64,000 bases of DNA from the NCBI GenBank assembly GCA_934254725.1, contig CAKQLR010000003.1:18754-82753 (forward strand), given 5' to 3'. Both the position numbers and the translations under genes were made by a program. Positions 50,143 through 59,327 of this stretch are shown piece after piece (position 1 is the stretch's first letter; each line of letters starts with the position of its first letter). Source of the DNA: an uncultured Clostridia bacterium. GTDB taxonomy: Bacteria; Bacillota; Clostridia; Christensenellales; Borkfalkiaceae. The notes beneath the pieces were generated by a model. It ran no database searches. It was not told the origin of the DNA and worked only from the letters and a program-made list of their open reading frames with translations.

Positions 50143-50754
50143 TTATTCGAATTGCATAAACGTTACGGGGGAGAAATCGTCAATATTTTCCCTCGTTATC
50201 TCTATGCGTTTATCCGCCGTTTTATAGTCGTTAAAGTACTTTAAAAACTCCGCAGGGGGAGCTATGTCTATATTGCAATCGTTTGTTTTGAAGTGCATGG
50301 GAATGGTAACTTTAGCCCCGATGGCTTTTGCGTACTGAGCCGCTTCCTTTCCGGAAATCGTGTAATTTCCGCCCACGGGTATAAATACAATATCCGCGTC
50401 TACTTTAAACTTCTGTGCGTTTTCTTTCGTAAACTTTTCGCCCAGATCGCCGAGGTGAAGTATTCTAAGCCCTTCAGCGTCAAAGTAAAAAGCCGTGTTT
50501 TGCCCGCGTTTGCGCCCGTTTTCGTCATCGTGATAGCATTTTATAGCATGGAAAATCGGCGTCGGCTGAGTAACTATTATTCCGGCGTTCAAGCCCTGGG
50601 CGTAGCTGTGGTCGTAATGCAAATGAGAAATGAGCGCGTAATCGCAGGAAACCTTTTTCATTTTGTAGCCGATGCCGTCAAACGGGTCGGTAACCACGGA
50701 TAGTCCTTTGGCTTTTATAAAAAAGCAAGAGTGTCCTAAATATTCTATAATCAT
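50143..50754 (-). CDS. MBL-fold metallo-hydrolase (UPF0173-like)
   Basis: 203 aa with YLGHSCF and the SHLHYDH metal-binding motif. Confidence 0.85.
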   Translation of the reverse strand: MIIEYLGHSCFFIKAKGLSVVTDPFDGIGYKMKKVSCDYALISHLHYDHSYAQGLNAGIIVTQPTPIFHAIKCYHDDENGRKRGQNTAFYFDAEGLRILHLGDLGEKFTKENAQKFKVDADIVFIPVGGNYTISGKEAAQYAKAIGAKVTIPMHFKTNDCNIDIAPPAEFLKYFNDYKTADKRIEITRENIDDFSPVTFMQFE

Positions 50755-50785
50755 AATATCTCCGTACGAAACAGAATAAAAAATT

Positions 50786-51172
50786 TTATAATTTCAAAGC
50801 GGTAACGCTTACGTCAAAGCGCTCCGACATACCGCCCGTAAACGATGTGTAAACCAGTTTAAGCATAACGGAATCTTCCGTACTATCCTGCACTATATCC
50901 GTCGTGTGGGTTTCCACGGGTATCTCTCCGTACTCGGTGAAAAGCTCGGAAAATGTGGTTTTACCCCTCTCGAAAAGAAAAACGGTGTTGATTTCCCCCT
51001 CTTTAATTATGCTGACCATGTCCTCGCCTATGACGATTTTAGAGTAATTCCCGGTTACCTCGTCGGTAAATTCTATTACGGTAGAACCGTATTCGTTAAA
51101 TACGTCTCCGTAGGCTACGATTTCGTTCAACTCGCCGTCAACGGTTGATTTTATAGTAATTTTATAAGCCAT
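50786..51172 (-). CDS. DUF1934 domain protein (YwiB-like beta-barrel)
   Basis: 128 aa. Composition and length are typical of the family. The family call is from recall only. Confidence 0.6.
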   Translation of the reverse strand: MAYKITIKSTVDGELNEIVAYGDVFNEYGSTVIEFTDEVTGNYSKIVIGEDMVSIIKEGEINTVFLFERGKTTFSELFTEYGEIPVETHTTDIVQDSTEDSVMLKLVYTSFTGGMSERFDVSVTALKL

Positions 51173-51271
51173 ATTTTAATAATGATAAAGCGTGAAATTT
51201 TTTCGATAGGTATAAATTTTATAAACAGACCGTTTTTGGCCTAAACAGACAGACGTTTACGTCTAAATTAA

Positions 51272-51300
51272 ATTATAACGCATTTCGTTAAAAAAGTAAA
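51272..51300 (-). promoter_or_regulatory. Candidate promoter for the DUF1934-MBL(-rho) transcription unit
   Basis: The minus strand reads TTTACT-17 nt-TATAAT, about 100 nt upstream of the ATG at 51172. Confidence 0.4.
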
Positions 51301-51475
51301 GAGTTTTTAAACGATGTGTTTTTCGTATCCGAACAACCCCGCCCGTAACCCGCAAAACGTTAATTTTTAAAGTTTTTATAAAAGAAAGTTTATATTTAAT
51401 GGCGGAAAATATGCATTTTTGCCAGAACAACTCCGATTTTATCGGAAATAATTTAAACTTTTTTTAATTTTGGTA

Positions 51476-51504
51476 TTGACAAAGCCATTTTCCCGTGTTA
51501 CAAT
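51476..51504 (+). promoter_or_regulatory. Sigma-A promoter of locus B
   Basis: TTGACA (51476-51481), a 17-nt spacer and TACAAT (51499-51504). This predicts a ~125-nt leader before the ATG at 51638. Confidence 0.65.
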
Positions 51505-51637
51505 ACTTTTATAAACGAAGGATTCCCGGATATCAAAAAACGCTTCTTTCCTTAAAAAGAAAAAAAGTTGAAATTTTCAGCAAAAAAATACATGATTGAA
51601 GTTTCGGGAATATCATAAAATAGACAAGGGAGGTTTT

Positions 51638-53047
51638 ATGAAAAAGATTATTATGTTTCTTTTATCCGCAGTGCTTGCTGCAAGTTTTACGGCATGTAAA
51701 GCCGCCGCCGAGCCTCAATACTCTTCGGACGAAAAATTCGACATCGGCATGTGGGTAGGCGTTTCCGACAAAATCGTTGAATATGACGATTGGGGGAAGA
51801 AAACAGGCAAAGAAAGAATGCTTACCGACGACGAATTCCTTGAAAAATATCAATGGATTGCGGAAGCGGGCTTTACAATTGCTTACCCCGGTTACGAATA
51901 TATGCTTTGGGCTACCGAAAATTATAACAAAAAATGCCTTAAAGCCGCTCACGAGGTCGGCATAAAGCAAATTATAACCATTTCTTCGCTCAATGAATAT
52001 ATTAAAAAGCTTGACGTATTACTTAAATCCGGCGTCGAAACGGAAGAGCAGGCTATAAAAAAGATTCAGGATTTCGCCAAACCGTACCTCGAAAGCGAGT
52101 ATTCGGACGCATTCTACGGCTGCTTTATAGGCGACGAACCTGCCGCGGACAAATTCGATATGCACTCGGTAGCGTACGAAGTATTCCACAAAGCTCTGCC
52201 CGATTTGTGTTACTACGTAAACCTGTTCCCCGTTATCGCAACGGGCGCGCAGCTCGGCGGGGTTACGCCCATCAGCTATGAAACGTACATCGCGCAGTAC
52301 TTAAATAAGATAAAAACGCCGTATATAAGTTACGACCACTATCCCCTTTATAAGACGCGTTCGTATTATCTCGAAGCAAGCTTCCTGCAGAATATGCAAA
52401 TAATAAAAAAGGCGGTAAAAGAAGAGGGCGAGAACAGAAAAATATGGACGTTCCTACAGAGTATATCTTTCGGTAAAAACCGCAAACTCGAAAGCGCGGG
52501 CGACGCGACCTTCCAAGCGTACAGCTTCCTCGCTTACGGCGGAGACGGAATACAGTGGTTCTGTTTCTGCTGCCCGCCGCCCAACGACGGCTCCACAAAT
52601 TTCGGCAACGACGCGCTTTTGGACAGAGATTTACAGAAAACAGACGTTTACGATTACGTAAAACAAGCGAATTTAAACGTTCAGGCGATAATGCCTTATT
52701 ATAAAAACTTCACATGGAAAGGCGTAATGACATCTTCCGCAGACGGCGGCGAGGGCAACTTCGAAAGAATAGAGCGCCTTGAAAGCACCAAAACGCTTAA
52801 AAAAGTTTCAGGAACGGAAGACGTTCTCGTAGGCGTATTCGAAGATAAAGACGGCAGAGAAGGTTTCATGGCCGTAAACTTTACCGACCCGGGAAGAAAA
52901 CTCGACAACGAAGTTACGCTCAAACTGAACGGAGTAAGCAACGCGATAGTGGTGCTCAACGGAGAAAAAACGGTAATGCCCGTAAAACGCGGAGAGTTGA
53001 AATTATCCCTTAAATCGGGCGAAGGCTGTTTCGTAATACCTTATTAA
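51638..53047 (+). CDS. Secreted lipoprotein, putative TIM-barrel glycosidase-like protein of an unrecognised family
   Basis: The ORF track starts at a TTG at 51596; I prefer the ATG at 51638 (MKKIIMFLLSAVLAASFTAC), which has AGGGAGG upstream. The GCFIGDEP block resembles the clan GH-A NEP acid/base motif. It is a paralog of 59328..60779. Confidence 0.75.
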   Translation: MKKIIMFLLSAVLAASFTACKAAAEPQYSSDEKFDIGMWVGVSDKIVEYDDWGKKTGKERMLTDDEFLEKYQWIAEAGFTIAYPGYEYMLWATENYNKKCLKAAHEVGIKQIITISSLNEYIKKLDVLLKSGVETEEQAIKKIQDFAKPYLESEYSDAFYGCFIGDEPAADKFDMHSVAYEVFHKALPDLCYYVNLFPVIATGAQLGGVTPISYETYIAQYLNKIKTPYISYDHYPLYKTRSYYLEASFLQNMQIIKKAVKEEGENRKIWTFLQSISFGKNRKLESAGDATFQAYSFLAYGGDGIQWFCFCCPPPNDGSTNFGNDALLDRDLQKTDVYDYVKQANLNVQAIMPYYKNFTWKGVMTSSADGGEGNFERIERLESTKTLKKVSGTEDVLVGVFEDKDGREGFMAVNFTDPGRKLDNEVTLKLNGVSNAIVVLNGEKTVMPVKRGELKLSLKSGEGCFVIPY

Positions 53048-53069
53048 AATATTATCGGAGGAAAAAACG

Positions 53070-54527
53070 ATGAAAAGTAAAAGATTTTTGACAATGCTTC
53101 TTCTCGTTGTAATGACGTTCGCCTTTTTCGGCATGAACGCGTGCAAGAAGGATGAAAAACCGAGCGGTAATTACGGCAACGTTACTTTCGTAGAAAAAAC
53201 AGGCGAAATGTACCTTAAAGACAAAGAAGGCAAAACGCCCGTAAAAATTACATATTCCGAAGGCAACGGAAGCGAATGGATAAGAACCCTTTCCGCAAAA
53301 TTCCTCGAAGACGAAGCGGGTAAAAACTACTATATCGTTCTCACCGTAGACGAGCAGGCTACAACGGCTATGAGTTCCAAACTCGAAGACGGCGCAAACC
53401 TCGACGATATATATTATCTTTTAGCTTCTCCGTGGCAGAGCTATGCGGCTCTTGACCAGCTCGAATGCCTTGACGATCTTTATAACTCCACCCCCGACGG
53501 CGAAACCAGAACCATTCTCGACAAAATAACGGGCAGCTGGAAAACTTACGGTCAGGCGTACAACAAAAACGAACTGCACTATTATATCTTTCCGAACAAT
53601 ACACCCGTAACGGGTCTTGTTTACAACAAGACGATGTTCGACGAATACGGCTGGGAAGTTCCCGAGACCACCGCGGAACTCGAAGCGCTCTGCAAAAAAA
53701 TAGTTGCCGATACCAAAGGCAAAGTAGCGCCCATCGTATACCCCGGAAAGGTTGCCGGCGGTTACTGGGATTTCATCGGCACGACCTGGTGGCTTCAGGT
53801 TTCCGGCGAAGAAAAGATGAACGAGTTTATGCAGTTCGAGTCCGCCGAAGTATTCAACAGCGACAAAAAATCCTCGCCGTCCTACGGTAAACTCGAAATG
53901 CTCGAAACATTCCAGAACATCTTCGCAAAAAACAAAGACTCGTTCATTTATAAAATGTCCGGTTCTCTCGACCACTATCAGGCACAGCAAACGTTCGGCG
54001 CGGGGCTTGCCGCTATGATCCCCAACGGAAGCTGGATACAGAACGAATCCGGCGAGGACATCGAAGACGAAATAAGAATGATGCCCGTCCCCTATATGGA
54101 GAACGCGATTAAGGACGAAAACGGAAAGAGAATAGCTTACAACTACAGCGGTCAGCCCTCTTTCACTATTATCCCCAAGAATGCCGAAAACAAAGAAGGC
54201 GCGAAGGCTTTCCTTAAATTCATATCAAAAGACGACAGCCTTAAAACTTACACGCAGGTTACCGGCACGCCAATGCCTTTCGATTACGACATTTCTTCGC
54301 TTGAATTCAACGGCTTCCAGCAGTCCTGCGTGGACATCTGGGCAAACTCCGTAACCTGGTTCGAAGATTCCAAAAGTCCTTTATGGACAGGACTTAAACT
54401 CAGAAAATTCAATGGAGCGAATCCCTACACGAACATTATAATAAACTATCCTTCCGTAACCGCGGAAAGCTGGTGCGCAGCCGAATATGCGAGCGTAAAA
54501 GGCTCCTGGTCGGGCTTTAACGTTTAA
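53070..54527 (+). CDS. ABC transporter extracellular solute-binding lipoprotein (family 1)
   Basis: 485 aa with lipobox FFGMNAC. Size and composition are typical of CUT1 SBPs. Confidence 0.85.
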   Translation: MKSKRFLTMLLLVVMTFAFFGMNACKKDEKPSGNYGNVTFVEKTGEMYLKDKEGKTPVKITYSEGNGSEWIRTLSAKFLEDEAGKNYYIVLTVDEQATTAMSSKLEDGANLDDIYYLLASPWQSYAALDQLECLDDLYNSTPDGETRTILDKITGSWKTYGQAYNKNELHYYIFPNNTPVTGLVYNKTMFDEYGWEVPETTAELEALCKKIVADTKGKVAPIVYPGKVAGGYWDFIGTTWWLQVSGEEKMNEFMQFESAEVFNSDKKSSPSYGKLEMLETFQNIFAKNKDSFIYKMSGSLDHYQAQQTFGAGLAAMIPNGSWIQNESGEDIEDEIRMMPVPYMENAIKDENGKRIAYNYSGQPSFTIIPKNAENKEGAKAFLKFISKDDSLKTYTQVTGTPMPFDYDISSLEFNGFQQSCVDIWANSVTWFEDSKSPLWTGLKLRKFNGANPYTNIIINYPSVTAESWCAAEYASVKGSWSGFNV

Positions 54528-54541
54528 ATCCGTAAGTACAA

Positions 54542-55501
54542 ATGGAAAAAACTTTAACCTTAGCAACAAATACGCCTAAGCGTAAAAAGAGGAAGAAAAG
54601 CGCTAACGAGATAGCCTTTATGATCACCATGATGGCTATCCCCGTTATCCATTTTTGCGTGTTCTGGCTATATATAAACGTGGATTCGATTTTCCTGTCA
54701 TTCAAGGCTTTCGATATGAAAACCGGCGTATGGAAATGGACGGGATTCTCCAACTACGTCGAGCTGTACCGGCAGTTCACCAAAGAGGGCAGCGTTTTAC
54801 CAAGGGCATTGTTCAACTCGTTTTCGGTATTCCTGTGGAACGATTTTATAATAGTTCCCCTATCGCTGTTCTGTTCGTACATGCTGTACAAAAAGATGCC
54901 TTTAAACAACGTTTTCAAGGTTATATTCTTTTTGCCCTCTATAATTTCCGTAAGCGTTCTTACGCTTGCTTACTCGTATATGCTTAACTCTTCCATTCCC
55001 GACTTTCTGGAAAAAATAGGGCTTGAAGACCTCGTTCCGTACGGCGGGTTCTTTGCAAACCCCGCTACCGCATGGTGGACGATTCTCATATACGGGCTTT
55101 GGTCGGGCATAGGCGGCAACGTAGTGCTTATTTCCGGTGCGATGGCGCGAATTCCCGACGAGGTTATAGAAGCGGGTAAAATAGACGGTTTAGGGCTTAT
55201 GGGCGAATTTTTCCACGTAATAATTCCGCTTATCGGCTCTACGTTAGCCACTCTGCTGCTTATGGGCACGGCGGTAATATTCAGTTACTTCCTGCAACCG
55301 AAGCTTATTCTCGGCGACGCGGCGGAGTCCGCCAAGGGCTTTACGATTGGTTTGTATATAGTAAACAACGTGCGCGACAACGGCACGCCTCAAATGGCTA
55401 TGGGCGCTACGATCGGCGTCATATGCGCTATTATCGGTACGCCGTTAGTTATTTTCACGAGAAATATTCTCGATAAGCTCTTCCCGGCTTACGAGTATTA
55501 A
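54542..55501 (+). CDS. Carbohydrate ABC transporter permease (MalF-like)
   Basis: EAA loop EAGKIDGLGLMGEFFHVIIP and 6 TM segments. Confidence 0.9.
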   Translation: MEKTLTLATNTPKRKKRKKSANEIAFMITMMAIPVIHFCVFWLYINVDSIFLSFKAFDMKTGVWKWTGFSNYVELYRQFTKEGSVLPRALFNSFSVFLWNDFIIVPLSLFCSYMLYKKMPLNNVFKVIFFLPSIISVSVLTLAYSYMLNSSIPDFLEKIGLEDLVPYGGFFANPATAWWTILIYGLWSGIGGNVVLISGAMARIPDEVIEAGKIDGLGLMGEFFHVIIPLIGSTLATLLLMGTAVIFSYFLQPKLILGDAAESAKGFTIGLYIVNNVRDNGTPQMAMGATIGVICAIIGTPLVIFTRNILDKLFPAYEY

Positions 55502-55544
55502 AAAAATAAAACAGGCACCGCCTGAATAAAAAAGGAGAAAAAAG

Positions 55545-58316
55545 ATGAGAAAAAGTTTACTCTTCACGTTTGTGATCGCGTTGACGGTTGCACTTCTCTG
55601 CTTTTCCATGGTGACGGCTTCCGCCGCTACGGTTGAAAGCAAGCCCGCCGGCGACGGTCTCATCACAAGCGAAAACGAAATCAACTCCACAAACTTCAAA
55701 GTTCTGGAGCAGGACGATGGCGACGCGGACGCGTACAAAACCGTTAAAGTCACCGATAACGTTCTTCGCTACAACAACGGCGAATGGCAGGAAATGATTG
55801 TAGGTACGCCCGTTTCCAAAGAACTTATGGCTAAAGAGAACGCCAAAGTTACGCTTACTTACAACATCATAGGTTTGAATGCGGACGGCGCTCAGCTTAT
55901 GATAGAGCCGGGTGCAAAGAACTCCGACGAAATTTTTAATTACGGTTATGTTCTTACCGGCAGCGATAACGGTATTGCAGTAGTTCCCGCTTACAGAACA
56001 AAAGCAGCAACGACCGATCCCGTTTCCAAGCTTATCGCTCACCACGGCGGGGACACACAATACGATATTCCCGTTCAGTGGCAGGCTTATTCCTGGAGCT
56101 GCGGAACCTTTAAAAACTACATTAATGCATATAAAAACGCAACGTTCAAAATCGAAATGGCCGTAAACGAAGGCGGTTGGGTAGACGTTACTCTTATAAG
56201 CGGTTTCTTCTATGAATGGCAGAGATGGACTAACGGCGGCGCGACCATAACCAACTGGGCACCCTACGACGGAACGCACGATTTCTACACCAACGTATGG
56301 GCGCGTTATTGCGACGGTATGGTTCTCGACGGAGCTAAGCTCGAAGTTTCCTACACCGAAGACGGCGAAGCTAAAAACACAGTTCTTTTCAACAGCAATT
56401 TCGATGACGAAAGCAAAGTAATAACGACTCAGGGCGCTACGGCGGAAAGCGGCAAGTTTATCGCGCGCGGCGTTGCATACGGACCTAACGGTTCCAGCGG
56501 ACTTCGCGTTACCAATCCTGCGGAAAACACCGGTATAATCACGAGAGCCGCTCTCGTTGCGGATACTTCTCTTTCCAGGAATTTCGAGCTTAACGCGAAC
56601 GTTATTCTCGAAAGCATGACGGAAGGTCAGAAAGTAGGTTTCGGCTTCGGATTCGAAGACTCGAGAGACCTTACGAAAAATCACAAATACCTCTATTTAA
56701 CCGTGAAAAACGGCACTATTATGTTCGGCGGCGAAGAAGTTACCGCTGACGGCACCATCTTTATTCTTGCCGAATACGAAGTAACCGGCGCGGCTCTAAA
56801 TCAACCCGTAACCGTTCAGCTTGCGGGCGCGGGCGCAGACCTTAAAATTAACGTCGGCGACGCTGCGGAAGCTACTATAGAGGATTTCGACCTTAACGGT
56901 TTCTTTGCTATCTTCCATAAAGGCACGGGTGACATAACTTATATGCTCAAAGATAACCTCACCATGACGGGTTATAAATTTACGGAGAACGAAGAAGGCG
57001 CAGAAGCCGTTACTTCCAACTTCAACGGAAATTACCTCAACACGAACAAATTCCAGATGTCTTCGCACATCGCTCCCGATATCCACATGGTTAAAACGGA
57101 AAATTCCCACGAGCTTACCGGTCTTACCCCCGAAAACGGCAAACTCGGCTTCTACGGAACTTCCACCGGAACACGTATTTTAACCACCAAGAAATATGCG
57201 GACTTCGTAATGCAGTTCGATTATATTTCTCTTCCCGCACAGCAGCGCGGCGGACTCGTACTCCCCGGCAACAGACCTTCTCCCCTCTTCCTCGTATTCG
57301 GCATGAAAGAGGGCGGCTTGCCAATCGACGACGCTTCCGTTTACGCTATCGGTCTTTACGAAGGTATAGCAACGGAATTCTACGGCTTTAACGAAACGGT
57401 TATCTCTTCTCTCGGTATGGCAAATACCTGCGGAATGAATACCGTAGGCATTGCCAAAGTAAAAAAAGCGACCGAAAAATCCGATATATCCATTCCCTAC
57501 TACGCTTCAGGCAAAGGCTACGACGCTTCTGCGGAAAACAATAACGTAGCCGCTTGGTACGACCCCGATCCGCAAGCGGAAGGCACCGTTTACAGCCTTT
57601 ACAACAAGGTGACGCGCATTAAACTCGTTTGCGTAGACAACAACGTAAAATTGTTCTTTACGGAAGTAGCTTCCGACGGTACTACTGGCAATTATATCGA
57701 AGTAGCTTCCTTTAAAGCTCAGGACGCGGAAGGATACCTCGGCATCGCTACCGATTCCCCCGCTTTCTTTGAAATCGACAACCTTGCTATCACCCCCGTA
57801 ACCAAAGAACAGGTTCTTACGTTTGTTGCTTCCGGCGAGGCTCTCACCGCTTCTGTCGTAGCAGACGTGGCACCCGAAGATATGGACGAAGATTTAGCGC
57901 CCACTCCGCTTGCGAAACCCGTTATCGAAGTAAACGCTAAAACCAAAAAGGCTACCTGGCAAGCTGTCGAAGGAGCTAAAGATTACACCGTAACACTTAA
58001 GAAAGGCACCGAAACAATCCTTGAAAGCACCATAACCGCTACGGAAATAGATCTTTCTTCCGTCACCGAACTCGGCGAATACAAGCTCACCGTCGTTGCC
58101 AACCCCGCAAACGAAAACGTTCACCTCTCTTCGAGAAACACCGTTGACTATAAGGTAGAAGCTCAGGGCAGCGACACTTCGGGCGGCACTACCGGCGATA
58201 CCTCGGGTGATACCGACGACGGCGGTTGCTTCAGCGGAATAGGCGTTACGCTTTTCGCAGGTATATTCGCTATAGCATTCGCGGGCGCTAAGCTCAGGAA
58301 AAAACAGGACAGATAA
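55545..58316 (+). CDS. Large cell-surface protein with multiple ConA/LamG-like beta-sandwich modules, an FN3-like module and a Gly-Cys C-terminal anchor signal
   Basis: 923 aa with a signal peptide (MVTASAAT). Several modules end in DN/DDF-type strands (FFEIDNLAITPV). The FN3-like block is KATWQAVEGAKDYTVTLKKG. The tail is GGCFSGIGVTLFAGIFAIAFAGAKLRKKQDR. Confidence 0.85.
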   Translation: MRKSLLFTFVIALTVALLCFSMVTASAATVESKPAGDGLITSENEINSTNFKVLEQDDGDADAYKTVKVTDNVLRYNNGEWQEMIVGTPVSKELMAKENAKVTLTYNIIGLNADGAQLMIEPGAKNSDEIFNYGYVLTGSDNGIAVVPAYRTKAATTDPVSKLIAHHGGDTQYDIPVQWQAYSWSCGTFKNYINAYKNATFKIEMAVNEGGWVDVTLISGFFYEWQRWTNGGATITNWAPYDGTHDFYTNVWARYCDGMVLDGAKLEVSYTEDGEAKNTVLFNSNFDDESKVITTQGATAESGKFIARGVAYGPNGSSGLRVTNPAENTGIITRAALVADTSLSRNFELNANVILESMTEGQKVGFGFGFEDSRDLTKNHKYLYLTVKNGTIMFGGEEVTADGTIFILAEYEVTGAALNQPVTVQLAGAGADLKINVGDAAEATIEDFDLNGFFAIFHKGTGDITYMLKDNLTMTGYKFTENEEGAEAVTSNFNGNYLNTNKFQMSSHIAPDIHMVKTENSHELTGLTPENGKLGFYGTSTGTRILTTKKYADFVMQFDYISLPAQQRGGLVLPGNRPSPLFLVFGMKEGGLPIDDASVYAIGLYEGIATEFYGFNETVISSLGMANTCGMNTVGIAKVKKATEKSDISIPYYASGKGYDASAENNNVAAWYDPDPQAEGTVYSLYNKVTRIKLVCVDNNVKLFFTEVASDGTTGNYIEVASFKAQDAEGYLGIATDSPAFFEIDNLAITPVTKEQVLTFVASGEALTASVVADVAPEDMDEDLAPTPLAKPVIEVNAKTKKATWQAVEGAKDYTVTLKKGTETILESTITATEIDLSSVTELGEYKLTVVANPANENVHLSSRNTVDYKVEAQGSDTSGGTTGDTSGDTDDGGCFSGIGVTLFAGIFAIAFAGAKLRKKQDR

Positions 58317-58366
58317 TCAGGTAAAATTATTATCGGTAAACAAACAATTAAACGAAATTTGTTTAA

Positions 58367-58388
58367 GGGGAGGAGAACTCTCCTCCCC
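58367..58388 (+). other. Very stable intra-operon hairpin
   Basis: GGGGAGGAG-AACT-CTCCTCCCC, a perfect 9-bp G/C-rich stem, 51 nt after the surface-protein stop and 17 nt before the permease ATG. There is no adjacent U-tract. Confidence 0.7.
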
Positions 58389-58404
58389 GAAACAAGAGGT
58401 TTTT

Positions 58405-59259
58405 ATGAGAAGAAATAAGATGAAAATGCAAAAAAAAGACGCGATTTTTATGTGGATAATGTTCGTATTATTCGCGATATACGCAATATCCTTGCTTTTT
58501 CCGTTCCTTTGGTGTCTGAACAACTCGTTCAAAACAAAAAAAGATTTCTTCTACAACGTCAACGGGTTGCCTACGGAATTCGTCCTCGATAACTGGATTA
58601 ACAGCTTCTCTCTTTCAGCGGACAGGGTTTCCATTCCGATGATGTATTTCAACAGTATATTTTTAACAATAGGCGCAACGTTCATTGCTCTGATGGCAAA
58701 CTCCGCCACGGCATACGTCATCACAAAATACGATTTTAAAGGAAAAGAACTATTCTATTCGTTCGCGGTCATCGTTATGATGATACCCACGATGGGTTCT
58801 ATGGCTTCCACTTATAAAATGTACAACACCATAGGGCTTACAAATACTTATACGGGCTATTTCATTTTTGCCTGCGGCGGGTTCGGAACGTATTTCCTTA
58901 TTATGTACGGGTTTTATAAAAACCTGTCCTCCACTTACTCGGAAGCCGCTCAGATAGACGGAGCGGGACACTTCCGCATTTACTTCACTATAATTCTCCC
59001 TATGGCAATGCCAATTCTCTTTTCGCTCGGCATACTTCTCGCCATAGGCTATTGGAACGATTATTTTACCGTATACATGTACTTGCCGCAAAAGGCGACC
59101 ATTGCTTACGGATTACAGCGTATTTCCGATAAAAACAAAAATAATCTTCCGCAGGTTTTCGCCGCGATGTTGTTTTCAATGCTGCCCGTTCTGATCGTAT
59201 TCAGCATTTTCCAGAAAACGATTATGACAAATACCACCGTCGGCGGCATCAAAGGTTAA
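58405..59259 (+). CDS. Carbohydrate ABC transporter permease (MalG-like)
   Basis: EAA loop EAAQIDGAGHFRIYFTIILP and 6 TM segments. Confidence 0.9.
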   Translation: MRRNKMKMQKKDAIFMWIMFVLFAIYAISLLFPFLWCLNNSFKTKKDFFYNVNGLPTEFVLDNWINSFSLSADRVSIPMMYFNSIFLTIGATFIALMANSATAYVITKYDFKGKELFYSFAVIVMMIPTMGSMASTYKMYNTIGLTNTYTGYFIFACGGFGTYFLIMYGFYKNLSSTYSEAAQIDGAGHFRIYFTIILPMAMPILFSLGILLAIGYWNDYFTVYMYLPQKATIAYGLQRISDKNKNNLPQVFAAMLFSMLPVLIVFSIFQKTIMTNTTVGGIKG

Positions 59260-59327
59260 ATTAAAAAGTAATATAAATTCGGAAAAAACAGGATAAACTC
59301 CTTTTAAAATAAAACCGGAGGGGAAAA

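Noticed and set aside
51569-51579. A catabolite-responsive element (cre) in the locus B leader.
   Set aside because: TGAAATTTTCAGCA lacks the central CG of the cre consensus (TGWAANCGNTNWCA). I kept it only as an unassigned palindrome.
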